In this document: piece after piece, positions 21,092 to 31,272 of the stretch
Layout: each line of letters opens with the position of its first letter
Numbering within the stretch: position 1 is the first letter of the stretch
Assembly (NCBI GenBank): GCA_046051865.1
Contig: JBJONL010000058.1
Span: 41,916-105,915 of the forward strand
Source of the DNA: Bacteroidota bacterium
Lineage (GTDB): Bacteria > Bacteroidota > Bacteroidia > Flavobacteriales > Flavobacteriaceae
Length of the DNA: 64,000 nt
Direction of reading: 5' to 3'
Notes under the pieces: generated by a model
Databases searched by the model: none
Told to the model about the DNA's origin: nothing
The model's input: the letters and a program-made list of their open reading frames with translations, nothing else
Position numbers and translations under genes: made by a program

Positions 21092-22282
21092 CTATTGAAT
21101 AAGGTTTACACTACCTACAGTAGCCCATGAACCAGTCGTTAATAACGCTCCCGTTGCGGTTGTTCCTGTCGTGAATTGTCCCGCTGGGAAAATGATGCTG
21201 AACGAAGCATTTAAAGGAGCTCCAATTTGATTATCCGTATTCGTATAAGTGATGTCAGTCAATTTAATCTTAGATCCATTAACTTGGTTGTTATTTGTGG
21301 TAGCATCTTGGATCTTAACGATGTTGGCTGGATACACAGTAGCACCTTCAGAATAATTTTTGTACCCGTCAATAATGATGTTGCTAAAATCGCCATTTCC
21401 TTCTTTTTTAAATTGGAAAGCATCTACTTGAACATCACCCACAACTTCTGGAGTACAACCTGTAGCTCTTTTTAAAGTAATATTGGTTACTTTAGGCCAG
21501 TACTCGTTGTTTTGTCCTGAAGCTTCAATTTCCATTCCGTAGTTTCCTTTGGTTACTTGGTACCCATACCAGTTGGAATTGTTTTGCCCTTGCCAGCCAT
21601 CTTGCCAATCAAAAGCATCATCATAGTTTCCATAAGATATCGCATTAGTCATGCTAACGGTTCCTCCAAAAAACTCATACCCATCATCAGCTCCTTTATA
21701 AGAAACTAGATGATCTAAAATCGTCTCGGAGCCACAAGAGTAAAACGTAAAACCATTGTTTTCTTTCGTTCCGTCAGCCAATTTAGATCCAGCATATTCT
21801 ACGCGCACATATTTCAACGAACCACCATTGTGCAATGGGTTGTTTCCGCCATATTGCTGTACATTTCCATCTTCAGACATCAAGGAGGTTAAGCCTCCAG
21901 CGCCGTGAATCGGAGCATCTCCATACATGATAATACCGCCCCAAGAACCTGGGATTCCCGATGCCTCAGTAAAAATTACCGGCTGTGAAGAGGTTCCGTT
22001 CACAATCAATTTACCACCGTTCAGAACTACAAAGGCATTGTCTCCCGTAGTTTTGTTACAAGTAATCGTAGAACCCGCCTCAAAAGTAACGGTTACTCCG
22101 GCCGCAACTTTTACAATTCCTTTCAAAGTGTAATTACCAAACTCAAAAGTTTTGTTTTCAGTAAAAGTACCGGTGATTTCTCCAGTAGCAGGAGGAAGTA
22201 CCGTAATAGTGTCGTTATCACTTATCGTACAACTTGTAAAAATGGTACTTAATAAAATGAAGCTTAATACAATTTTTTTCAT
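21092..22282 (-). CDS. Beta-helix-like lipoprotein partnered with the TonB receptor
   Basis: Lipobox FTSC; GSWGGI, LKYVRVEYAG, DDGYEFFGG, DDAFDW motifs. Confidence 0.8.
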   Translation of the reverse strand: MKKIVLSFILLSTIFTSCTISDNDTITVLPPATGEITGTFTENKTFEFGNYTLKGIVKVAAGVTVTFEAGSTITCNKTTGDNAFVVLNGGKLIVNGTSSQPVIFTEASGIPGSWGGIIMYGDAPIHGAGGLTSLMSEDGNVQQYGGNNPLHNGGSLKYVRVEYAGSKLADGTKENNGFTFYSCGSETILDHLVSYKGADDGYEFFGGTVSMTNAISYGNYDDAFDWQDGWQGQNNSNWYGYQVTKGNYGMEIEASGQNNEYWPKVTNITLKRATGCTPEVVGDVQVDAFQFKKEGNGDFSNIIIDGYKNYSEGATVYPANIVKIQDATTNNNQVNGSKIKLTDITYTNTDNQIGAPLNASFSIIFPAGQFTTGTTATGALLTTGSWATVGSVNLIQ

Positions 22283-22332
22283 GGTATCTTTTTTAATTTG
22301 TTTTTATTATTTTTTGTTGTTGTGTTATTGAT

Positions 22333-25080
22333 TTAGAAGGTATAAGAAAAACTCAAGGAGCATCCAACACCTTTTTTGTACGACTCACGGGTACGGGAAG
22401 TAGCGTCAAATTGAATCAAACTCTCATCATTATTTGTGCCTAATTCGTATTTACGCATTGGGTTTAAGATGTTGTTAACTCCAAATTTTAAGCTGTATTT
22501 TTCAGAAATCTTGCTGTTCCAAACAAAGTCTAATTGCTGGAAAGGCAATTCGTAAATATGGTCATAGCCCAATGATCCAACACTATAAATACGTTTTCCA
22601 AATACACCATAAACTAAGGATACCGTATTACTCCAAGTTTCTTTAAAATTAAATTGGTATTTCAAATCAGAGTTGATTAGCCATTTAGAAGCACCTTGAA
22701 GCTCTCTGTTTTTATGCGTCTCTGCAGCCGAACTTGCCGTTACTCTAGAATCCATCAAAGAAGTATTAAACCCTAAAGTGAAATTAGACAGCCCTTTGTG
22801 TAAGCGAGCTAAATCTAAAATCCCCTCAATTTCAACACCATATAAATCTGCTTTGTCTGAATTTAAGAATGTAGTAATAAATCCACCGGCTTCTCCTCTA
22901 AACGTTCTTTCAATTGGATTGTCAAGGTGTTTTACAAATCCACCGATTACAAATAGCTCTTTGTTAGAGGGAAAAAACTCATATTTCAAATCGGTGTTGA
23001 TGTTGTCGCTGTTTACCAATTCTTGGTTTCCTTGTATGATGGTGCCATCTCCATTGATGTAAGAAATTGGAATGATCTCCATAATCACTGGCTTTGTATA
23101 GTTTTTGGAAGCGGCAAAACGAAGGTTTGCTTTTTCAGAAGCCGCATATTTTATATTAATCGAAGGCAATACGTAGTCTTTGTCAGATTTGAATTTTTGG
23201 AAAGGATCAGAGAAACTGCCTAAATTACGGTAACGAATATCACGATTGAATTTCTCAAAACGTAACCCTCCGTTTACTTCCCATTTATCGCCAAATTTCA
23301 ACAATAAATTAGCATAAGCCGAATTGCTGTTGTCCACCATTTTAACTTTGTAATTCGAATTTGAACTTTCGGAATACGTAAATACTCCATTGATTAAATC
23401 AGAATTGATTTGGCTGTCAAGGTTGTTGATCGGTTGGGTAAAACTACTGTTTCCACTAGTTTTAATAAAGCGATAAGAGGTTTTAGTATAACCACCGTTG
23501 CCATTATACCCAATAGCCAAATTGTTTTGCTTTTTACCAAATTTCAAGTTATACTCTAAAAACCCAGAAGCAAATACATCTCCCGAAACGTCCAAGTACT
23601 GACGAATAAAATTGTTTCCTCCATAACTTACGGTAACGGCATCATTTTGTATTGATCCTCTAAAGAACTTTCTGTCCGGCTGTTGGTACGAAGTTCTAGC
23701 CATTGAAATCCCCCCTTTTATCGTTTGTGATTTATCCTCGTTTAAGTGCAAATCACCCAAAAGTTGTGAGTTTAAATAATCAGATTGATCTAATTGATTT
23801 GTTCTTACAATGACATTTTTGTTGTCAAGATTATTATCAAAAGCTCCTACTTGATCTTCAATCACATTATCTGTTGAACGCAAATAGAACGTGTTTGAAG
23901 TCAAATTATATCGTTTTGCTTTATAATTGAAACTTAATAATGTGGCTAGCGATGTTTTATAATGACTAACGGTCTTAGTCGTATTAGTGTTAAAGTTACC
24001 ATTGATAGCAAAAGTGTTGTCATCTCCATTCGTTCTCGTATAACTGTTATCAGCATTAATAGATAGTAAATAAGAGAACGATTGTTCGTTTTTGAATTTA
24101 AATTTTTCTGCATGCAAGATCCCTATACTCGTGTTCAATGGACTTGTTGTTTGATCCACGTCCCAACCTGATTTAAAGGATTTTTGCGCTTGTGCCGTGG
24201 TAAGTTGTTGGTTAGACGGCACACTCGTTAAAGCATTCGGCAAACTACGATCACCCCCAGCTAAACCAAACAATCCTTTTGTTGAATTCGCTTCTTTCGA
24301 AATTAAAAAAGAACGTAAGTTATTATCGGTTGTATACCCAAATCCGATACTCAATTTAGTTTGGCTACTAGTGTTTTTTGTAGTCGCTACATTAAAAGTA
24401 GCCCCAGCAAAATCTCCAGAGATGCTTGGGTTAAACGTTTTGTAAACGTCAATAACGCTTACAATATCAGTAGAAAATAAATCTAAAGGAATGATTTTGC
24501 GGTAAGGATTGTTAGAAGGAACAGCCAAATCATTTACTAATAAATTGTTGTAGCGGTCTTCAAGGCCGCGAACAAATATTCCGCGAGATCCAACTTTAGT
24601 AATTCCTGTGATTTTGGTCAACCCTTGTTCCACATTACTGACCCCTTTTCTACTCATTTCTTGCGCTCCAATACTTTGTTTAATCTCAACTGCTTTTTTC
24701 TGTTCTAGTAACAAAGCCGTTTCTTTCTCGCGATTAACTGTGTTTTGAATGACTACGTCTTTCAATTGATAACTGCCTGAACCCAATGTTTTATTGATAG
24801 TAATCGTTTCTCCAGCTTTAACCTCTATTTTTTCTTCGATGTTTTCATAGCCTACAAAGCTAAAAACAATCGTATAAGTACCAGGCGCTATGGCAATACT
24901 GTACTTTCCAGCTTGGTCTGTCGTAACCCCAATAGTGGTGCCTTTAATCATGACATTGGCAAAAGGTAGCGGTTCGTTATTTAATTCTTTATCGGTCAAA
25001 GTTCCTGTTACCGTTCCTTTGGTTTGAGCAAATACGATAACATTTAATAATAGTAGCGTAATGATTAATTTAAATTTCAT
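22333..25080 (-). CDS. TonB-dependent receptor
   Basis: Signal peptide, CarboxypepD_reg-like N-domain (EPLPFANV, FSFVGY), plug VRGLEDRYN, C-terminal FSYTF. Confidence 0.94.
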   Translation of the reverse strand: MKFKLIITLLLLNVIVFAQTKGTVTGTLTDKELNNEPLPFANVMIKGTTIGVTTDQAGKYSIAIAPGTYTIVFSFVGYENIEEKIEVKAGETITINKTLGSGSYQLKDVVIQNTVNREKETALLLEQKKAVEIKQSIGAQEMSRKGVSNVEQGLTKITGITKVGSRGIFVRGLEDRYNNLLVNDLAVPSNNPYRKIIPLDLFSTDIVSVIDVYKTFNPSISGDFAGATFNVATTKNTSSQTKLSIGFGYTTDNNLRSFLISKEANSTKGLFGLAGGDRSLPNALTSVPSNQQLTTAQAQKSFKSGWDVDQTTSPLNTSIGILHAEKFKFKNEQSFSYLLSINADNSYTRTNGDDNTFAINGNFNTNTTKTVSHYKTSLATLLSFNYKAKRYNLTSNTFYLRSTDNVIEDQVGAFDNNLDNKNVIVRTNQLDQSDYLNSQLLGDLHLNEDKSQTIKGGISMARTSYQQPDRKFFRGSIQNDAVTVSYGGNNFIRQYLDVSGDVFASGFLEYNLKFGKKQNNLAIGYNGNGGYTKTSYRFIKTSGNSSFTQPINNLDSQINSDLINGVFTYSESSNSNYKVKMVDNSNSAYANLLLKFGDKWEVNGGLRFEKFNRDIRYRNLGSFSDPFQKFKSDKDYVLPSINIKYAASEKANLRFAASKNYTKPVIMEIIPISYINGDGTIIQGNQELVNSDNINTDLKYEFFPSNKELFVIGGFVKHLDNPIERTFRGEAGGFITTFLNSDKADLYGVEIEGILDLARLHKGLSNFTLGFNTSLMDSRVTASSAAETHKNRELQGASKWLINSDLKYQFNFKETWSNTVSLVYGVFGKRIYSVGSLGYDHIYELPFQQLDFVWNSKISEKYSLKFGVNNILNPMRKYELGTNNDESLIQFDATSRTRESYKKGVGCSLSFSYTF

Positions 25081-25120
25081 TTGCGTTGTTTTAAATTTTG
25101 ATGCAAAGAAAGGAACGCTA

Positions 25121-25186
25121 TGTAAAGGTCACGTTATACCATCATTACCTTTTTGTTCTTTAACTATTACCAAATTGTTAACACAT
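25121..25186. promoter_or_regulatory. Six 11-bp-phased YRTTA-like boxes (putative PhoP/OmpR-family binding array)
   Basis: tgtaa 25121, cgtta 25132, catta 25143, tgttc 25154, tatta 25165, tgtta 25176. Confidence 0.6.
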
Positions 25187-25271
25187 TAAATTACTGTTAA
25201 CTCCGTTTTGCGCTATCTAATCATTTTGTATTATCTTTACCTTTACATTCACAAAAGCAATTGTGTTCGTT

Positions 25272-25955
25272 ATGAAAAAAAAAGACATTAAGATTTTATT
25301 GGTGGACGATGAACAGGACATCCTGGAAATTGTAGGTTATAACCTGTCGCAAGAAGGATATCAAGTAGTAACCGCAACCAATGGTAAGGAAGCAATTACT
25401 AAAGCCAAAAAAGAATTGCCACAACTGATCATAATGGATGTGATGATGCCCGAAATGGATGGTATGGAAGCCTGTGAAAACATCCGTAAACTGCCAGAAT
25501 TAAGTAATGTAATCATAACCTTTTTGACCGCAAGAAGCGAAGATTATTCGCAAGTAGCTGGATTTGATGCCGGAGCTGATGACTACATCACGAAACCAAT
25601 AAAACCAAAGTTACTAGTAAGTAAGGTCAAAGCGCTTTTACGTCGTTTAAAAAGCGATGAACAAACTTCCGAGACGCTTAATGTGGGCGGTATTGAAATC
25701 AATCGCGAAGAATATAAAATTATTAAAGACGGTCAAGAAATTATCTTACCTAGAAAAGAATTCGAATTGTTTTACCTCTTAGCATCGAAACCCGGTAAAG
25801 TATTCAAACGCGAAGAAATATTAGATAAAGTTTGGGGGAATGAAGTAATCGTTGGTGGTAGAACCATCGACGTGCATATTAGAAAACTACGTGAAAAAAT
25901 AGGTGACGATATATTCAAAACCATCAAAGGAGTGGGCTATAAATTAGACGTGTAA
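25272..25955 (+). CDS. phoP: PhoB/PhoP-type response regulator
   Basis: ILLVDDE, DVMMPEMDG, GADDYITKP, RTIDVHIRKLREK winged helix. Confidence 0.85.
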   Translation: MKKKDIKILLVDDEQDILEIVGYNLSQEGYQVVTATNGKEAITKAKKELPQLIIMDVMMPEMDGMEACENIRKLPELSNVIITFLTARSEDYSQVAGFDAGADDYITKPIKPKLLVSKVKALLRRLKSDEQTSETLNVGGIEINREEYKIIKDGQEIILPRKEFELFYLLASKPGKVFKREEILDKVWGNEVIVGGRTIDVHIRKLREKIGDDIFKTIKGVGYKLDV

Positions 25956-26999
25956 ATGAAAATAAATTTCAAGAAAACCTATAGGTTTGCTGTTATATCT
26001 TCAACCTACATTACCCTTTTTGCCACCGGTTTTCTTGGTTTTTTATTATGGTTTTTCCATGAATACTCATGGGAGATTTGCCTCTCGTTTGCGGTTTCCA
26101 TGTTTACCTTTTCTTTCTTTGTCATTCAATATAGAGTCGAGCATTTCATTTATCGCAGAGTAAAAAAAATATACGACGATGTTTCGCTATTGGAATCGAC
26201 GTCTTTTAGAAGCCAACCCATTACAACCGATATGGCTACGCTGACCAAGCAGGTTAAAAAGTTTGCTAGCGACAAAAAGCTAGAAATCGAAACCCTTAAA
26301 GTACGTGAAGAATACCGCCGAGAATTTCTTGGAAATGTTTCCCACGAATTAAAAACCCCACTATTTACCGTCCAAGGATATCTCTCGACCTTGCTAGATG
26401 GTGCCATAAACGATAAAAATGTTCGTAAAAAATATCTAGAACGCGCCGAAAAAGGAGTAGAGCGTTTAATCTATATCGTAGAAGATCTAGACATGATATC
26501 CAAATTAGAAATGGGCGATTTAAACTTAGAATTATCCAAATTTAATATCATCGAACTCGTTCAAAGTGTTTTCGATCTATTAGAAATGAATGCCGATAAA
26601 AAGAACATCATTTTAATGTTTGATCGCAAATACAACAAACCCATCAAAGTTTTTGCCGATAAAGAGAAAATCCAACAGGTCTTAACCAATTTAGTGATGA
26701 ACTCCATAAAATATGGTAAAGAAAATGGAACGACCGAAGTCACAATTGAAGATTTAGTCAACGACAAAATAATCGTTCGTTTTAGAGATAACGGAGAAGG
26801 AATAGAACAACATCACATCCCTCGTTTGTTCGAACGTTTTTTTAGAGTTGATAAAAGTGGTGCCCGTAGTGAGGGTGGGTCAGGGCTCGGACTGTCGATT
26901 GTCAAACACATCATAGAAGCACACGGAGAAAAGATTTATGTCGAAAGCGAATTCGGAAAAGGATCAGAATTCTCGTTTACCTTGGAAAAGTTCAAATAA
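25956..26999 (+). CDS. phoR: PhoR-type sensor histidine kinase
   Basis: Two TMs, EFLGNVSHELKTPL, N box, RLFERFFRVDKS, GGSGLGLSIVKH. Confidence 0.85.
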   Translation: MKINFKKTYRFAVISSTYITLFATGFLGFLLWFFHEYSWEICLSFAVSMFTFSFFVIQYRVEHFIYRRVKKIYDDVSLLESTSFRSQPITTDMATLTKQVKKFASDKKLEIETLKVREEYRREFLGNVSHELKTPLFTVQGYLSTLLDGAINDKNVRKKYLERAEKGVERLIYIVEDLDMISKLEMGDLNLELSKFNIIELVQSVFDLLEMNADKKNIILMFDRKYNKPIKVFADKEKIQQVLTNLVMNSIKYGKENGTTEVTIEDLVNDKIIVRFRDNGEGIEQHHIPRLFERFFRVDKSGARSEGGSGLGLSIVKHIIEAHGEKIYVESEFGKGSEFSFTLEKFK

Positions 27000-28037
27000 T
27001 TCCGCCCAATTCACTTCGTGTCGAAGTTGCGGTAATCCCTTAAATAATCCAACTTCCAATAAGTGCTCAATTTTAAAATTAGCTTGTTTAGCATAAGGCG
27101 CAAAGCCCGATTCCCGGATTCGTTTAGCCAAATATTCTTGTTCAAATTGCCCAGGCGTAGGGATGAAAAAAACGTTTTTCTGAAGCACAGATAAGTCCAT
27201 TATAGTAGTGTACCCCGACCTGCAAAGCACCAACGCACTCTCATTAAAGGCTTGTTCTAATTCCAAACTAGTCATGAAATTGTAGTAGGTAATGTGCTGG
27301 TCTTGCCCTGTTTTTTGCACCGCTTCTACCACACCGCTAATAAAAAGAACGCGTCCCTTAAAGCGCTGTAACTCGGTTCGTAAAAGCGCTTCTAACATCG
27401 TACGCTGAGGTTCAGGTCCCGACAAGATGACCATTAGCTCATAACGGACCGTCGATTCCTTTTTTTCAAATCGACTAAGGGGTCCTATATACCGTAGCGA
27501 AAGGGTTTGGGTGGTAAGATGCCCCATTTTCCCCGTCATATTTGGTTTTTCCTCCATATCAGGTACCCAGCATTCGGTAAACTTTTTAATATAATACTGG
27601 TGTAACTTACTGGAGATCCACGTCGTATTGCCTGAAAGCACATTCAATTGATGTGTGATGATGACACTGGGAATTTTTTTATTGTAAACCCCTAAACGGT
27701 TATCTGAAAGGATGCCAACCAGTGCATAGGTTGTAACCCATTGTTTGACTAGTTTCTTTTCGGCGCGAACAGCGGCCAACATTTTCGGGCTATTCTTAAG
27801 CAATTTCCACTTTAAATCATCTTCATTTTGGGCATACTCAATAGCGTAGGAAGGCAGTTCTAAAGCGAGTAATGTGGGAAATTCTTTCTGCAACAAATGC
27901 AAAGAAGCGCCATCAGAGGCTAGTATAACGGTAAACTGGTGTTTCTGTAATTCTCGGATGATAGGGATACAACGGGTTGCATGCCCTAAACCCCAATTTA
28001 ACGGAGCAACTAAGATGTTTTTTGCTCTAGTTTCCAT
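26964..28037 (-). CDS. Glycosyltransferase family 28-like
   Basis: LNWGLGHATR, CRSGYTTIMD, IPTPGQFEQ. Confidence 0.85.
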   Translation of the reverse strand: METRAKNILVAPLNWGLGHATRCIPIIRELQKHQFTVILASDGASLHLLQKEFPTLLALELPSYAIEYAQNEDDLKWKLLKNSPKMLAAVRAEKKLVKQWVTTYALVGILSDNRLGVYNKKIPSVIITHQLNVLSGNTTWISSKLHQYYIKKFTECWVPDMEEKPNMTGKMGHLTTQTLSLRYIGPLSRFEKKESTVRYELMVILSGPEPQRTMLEALLRTELQRFKGRVLFISGVVEAVQKTGQDQHITYYNFMTSLELEQAFNESALVLCRSGYTTIMDLSVLQKNVFFIPTPGQFEQEYLAKRIRESGFAPYAKQANFKIEHLLEVGLFKGLPQLRHEVNWAELFELFQGKREF

Positions 28038-28123
28038 GTGGGAAAGTTACTCTTTTCATACGGCAAAATAAAAAAGATTTCGGATAGTTTATATTTCCTT
28101 AATTTTACCAAAAATTTAAGTTT

Positions 28124-28798
28124 GTGGGAAGTAAGAATAAATTAAAAAGATTTAAGGAAAACGAAACCTTTGAAAATGTTTTCCAACCAACAAGAGAAGA
28201 AGTAGTAGGGGGTGATTTTGCCTTAAAAGGAACGTGGAATGCCTCGTTTTTTAAAAATGACAATCCTATTATCATCGAATTAGGTTGTGGTAAAGGAGAA
28301 TATTCTGTAGGCTTAGCAGAAAAGTATCCCAACAAAAACTTTGTAGGGATAGACATCAAAGGAGCCCGTTTTTGGCGAGGTGCTAAGACGGCAGTCGAGT
28401 CGGGCATGCGCAATGTAGCTTTTGTTCGTACCCAAATCGAACTCATCAATTTCATCTTTGCGGAACAAGAAGTGTCCGAAATATGGATTACGTTCCCTGA
28501 CCCGCAAATCAAATACAAACGCACTAAACACCGCATGACGAATACCGAGTTTTTGCAGTTGTACAAAAAAATATTGAAACAGGACGGCGTCGTAAATTTA
28601 AAGACGGATAGCGAATTCATGCACGGTTACACCCTAGGCTTACTCCACGGTGAAGGACATGAAGTATTGTACGCTAATCACAACGTCTACAAAAACGAAG
28701 GAGCCCCCGAAGAAGTAATTGGAATCCAAACATTTTACGAAAAACAATATTTGGAAATCAATAAAGCAATTACGTATATTCGTTTCAAAATCAAATAG
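28124..28798 (+). CDS. trmB: tRNA (guanine-N7)-methyltransferase
   Basis: IELGCGKGEY, WITFPDP, LKTDS. Confidence 0.94.
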   Translation: MGSKNKLKRFKENETFENVFQPTREEVVGGDFALKGTWNASFFKNDNPIIIELGCGKGEYSVGLAEKYPNKNFVGIDIKGARFWRGAKTAVESGMRNVAFVRTQIELINFIFAEQEVSEIWITFPDPQIKYKRTKHRMTNTEFLQLYKKILKQDGVVNLKTDSEFMHGYTLGLLHGEGHEVLYANHNVYKNEGAPEEVIGIQTFYEKQYLEINKAITYIRFKIK

Positions 28799-29425
28799 AT
28801 GACGTTTTTCTTGCCACTAGTACTAGGGTTCTGTATTGCAGTCTTGGCGGTGATCCTTCCAGGATTACTCAACATGACGGCAGCCAAAATCAGTTTGCAA
28901 GAAGGCCGTAATGAAGCCCTTAGTTTTGCGGCAGGAGCTGCAGTAATCGTGTTTGTCCAAACCTTGATTGCTGTCTTCTTTTCCCGATTCATAAGCAACC
29001 ACCACGAAATTGTTACGACCCTCCAAGAAATAGGTGTTTTTGTTTTTACGGGTTTGAGTATTTATTTCTTTTGGATTGCCAAAAGTCCGAAAAAACTAAA
29101 CCCCGAAATCAAAATTAAAGGCAAATCCAATCGCTTTTTCTTTGGCATGTTATTATCCATGCTCAACTTTCTACCCATCCCGTTCTACGTTTTTGCCAGC
29201 ATGAGCTTAGCCAGTTCGGGTTATTTTAAGTTTGAGACGATCCAAATCTACGCCTTTGTCTCGGGGGTAGTAGCCGGGTCATTTACCGTGTTTTATTTAT
29301 ACATCGTTTCTTTTAAAGCGATTCAAAACAAAACCGATTTCCTACTGCGCAACATCAACACCATCATCGGTTCTGTAACTACTTTTATGGCCGTCATTAC
29401 CATTATTAAATTATTTTGGAAGTAA
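28799..29425 (+). CDS. LysE family transporter
   Basis: PGLLNM N-terminal motif, about six TMs. Confidence 0.75.
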   Translation: MTFFLPLVLGFCIAVLAVILPGLLNMTAAKISLQEGRNEALSFAAGAAVIVFVQTLIAVFFSRFISNHHEIVTTLQEIGVFVFTGLSIYFFWIAKSPKKLNPEIKIKGKSNRFFFGMLLSMLNFLPIPFYVFASMSLASSGYFKFETIQIYAFVSGVVAGSFTVFYLYIVSFKAIQNKTDFLLRNINTIIGSVTTFMAVITIIKLFWK

Positions 29426-29426
29426 G

Positions 29427-29756
29427 ATGGAAGAAAATTTCTTCGAAAGGGTATATGCCGTGGTCCGCCAAATTCCTGAAGGGAACGTTACTTCCTACGG
29501 TGCGATCGCCAAAGCCCTTGGAACTGCGCGCTCGGCCCGTATGGTAGGCTGGGCCATGAATGCTTCCCATAACATCGAAGACGTACCCGCTCATCGGGTT
29601 GTAAATAGGCAAGGGATGCTTTCGGGTAAACACCATTTTGAAGGAACCAATCTCATGCAACAACTCCTAGAAAACGAAGGCATAACCGTGGTCGATAATC
29701 AAATAGTAGATTTCGAAAAACATTTTTGGATGCCTCCAGTAACTAAAACAAAATAG
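29427..29756 (+). CDS. MGMT-family alkyltransferase-like (ATL) protein
   Basis: IPEGNVTSYGAIA, ARMVG, PAHRVV (catalytic Cys replaced by Ala). Confidence 0.9.
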   Translation: MEENFFERVYAVVRQIPEGNVTSYGAIAKALGTARSARMVGWAMNASHNIEDVPAHRVVNRQGMLSGKHHFEGTNLMQQLLENEGITVVDNQIVDFEKHFWMPPVTKTK

Positions 29757-29827
29757 CACTGAGCAGCTTCTTTTTACTTTTTTCAACACAAAGGCATACA
29801 CCGTTTGATTTAGAGGGATACCTTTTT

Positions 29828-29923
29828 TAAAAGATATATATCTTTTTACTAATACATATATATCTTTTTGATAAAACATATATATCTTTTTGTTAATACA
29901 TATATATCTTTTTGGTAAAACAT
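29828..29923. repeat. 22-bp tandem repeat, 4 full copies plus a partial
   Basis: TAAWASATATATATCTTTTTRN at 29828, 29850, 29872, 29894; partial at 29916. Confidence 0.9.
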
Positions 29924-30057
29924 CCTTTCGGCCTTTTTCAGCAATCGGTAGCCTCCGATTTTTTTGTAGTTAGGAAACGGTTGCATTAGCATAGTATCGC
30001 TCTACGCATCTATCGATAATTTCAATCCAATTTGGATTGTATTTTTGCAATTCCTAG

Positions 30058-30065
30058 TATCTTTG
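30058..30065 (+). promoter_or_regulatory. Bacteroidota -7 promoter box for the Mrp operon
   Basis: TATCTTTG matches TAnnTTTG, with TTTG about 27 nt upstream. Confidence 0.6.
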
Positions 30066-30136
30066 CAATCTTAAATGAGTATAAATAAACATAAAATAGC
30101 AATTGACCGTTACCGGGGAATTAGCACAAGCATAAG

Positions 30137-31270
30137 ATGAAATTAGACAGAAAAGAAATCCTTTCGGCCCTTGAAACGATTACCATTGCAGGCGAAGGGA
30201 AAAACATGGTAGAAAGCGGAGCCATTAAAAATGTACTGACTTTCGGCAATGAAGTGGTGGTGGATTTGCTCCTTACTACCCCTGCGATGCACATTAAAAA
30301 ACGTGCTGAAGACGACATCAAAAAACTAATCCACGAGCAATTCTCTCCAGAAGCCGTGGTAAAAGTAAACATCAAAGTAGAAGCACCTACAAGTACGAAC
30401 GAAATCAAAGGAAAGCACATTCCTGGGATTAGCAATATCATTGCTATAGCCTCTGGTAAAGGTGGGGTAGGGAAATCTACCGTAACTGCAAATCTAGCCG
30501 TGACTTTAGCCAAAATGGGCTTCAAAGTTGGAATTTTAGATGCCGATATCTACGGGCCTTCTATGCCCATCATGTTTGACGTAGAAAATGAAAAACCCAT
30601 TTCAGTGGAAGTAGACGGTAAATCAAAAATGAAACCGATCGAAAGCTACGAAATCAAAATTCTTTCCATAGGATTCTTCACAGCTCCAAGTCAAGCAGTG
30701 ATTTGGCGTGGTCCTATGGCCTCCAAAGCCTTGAATCAAATGATTTTTGACGCCGCTTGGGGCGAGTTAGACTTTTTATTAGTCGATCTCCCTCCAGGAA
30801 CGGGCGATATTCATTTGTCCATCATGCAATCGCTTCCGATCACCGGTGCCGTGGTGGTAAGTACGCCGCAAGCCGTAGCGTTAGCCGATGCGAAAAAGGG
30901 AGTATCTATGTTCTTGTCGGAAAGTATCAATGTACCGGTTTTGGGCATTATAGAAAATATGGCCTACTTCACACCAGAAGAATTGCCAAACAATAAATAC
31001 TACATTTTTGGTAAAGAAGGAGCCCAAAATATGGCGGCCGATTTAAATGTGCCGTTCCTCGGGGAAGTGCCTCTAGTACAAAGCATCCGCGAAGCCGGAG
31101 ATTATGGTAGACCAGCCGCCTTACAAACGGCCTCAATTATAGAGAAAGTATTTGAAGAAATTACACGCAATGTAGTGCAAGAAACCGTAAACAGAAACGA
31201 AAGTTTACCGCCTACCGAAGCAATAAAAATAACAACAATGGCTGGCTGTTCAGCAGTGAAAGGGAAATAA
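30137..31270 (+). CDS. mrp: Mrp/NBP35 (ApbC) Fe-S carrier ATPase
   Basis: SGKGGVGKST, DADIYGPS, WRGPM, DLPPGTGD. Confidence 0.94.
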   Translation: MKLDRKEILSALETITIAGEGKNMVESGAIKNVLTFGNEVVVDLLLTTPAMHIKKRAEDDIKKLIHEQFSPEAVVKVNIKVEAPTSTNEIKGKHIPGISNIIAIASGKGGVGKSTVTANLAVTLAKMGFKVGILDADIYGPSMPIMFDVENEKPISVEVDGKSKMKPIESYEIKILSIGFFTAPSQAVIWRGPMASKALNQMIFDAAWGELDFLLVDLPPGTGDIHLSIMQSLPITGAVVVSTPQAVALADAKKGVSMFLSESINVPVLGIIENMAYFTPEELPNNKYYIFGKEGAQNMAADLNVPFLGEVPLVQSIREAGDYGRPAALQTASIIEKVFEEITRNVVQETVNRNESLPPTEAIKITTMAGCSAVKGK

Positions 31271-31272
31271 TC

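Noticed and set aside
26964-26999. 36-nt convergent overlap between phoR and the glycosyltransferase (also 8-nt overlaps at 17795 and 35718)
   Set aside because: Short 3' overlaps are ordinary in compact genomes
29828-29923. CRISPR array
   Set aside because: Units are contiguous with no unique spacers, and there are no cas genes in the window
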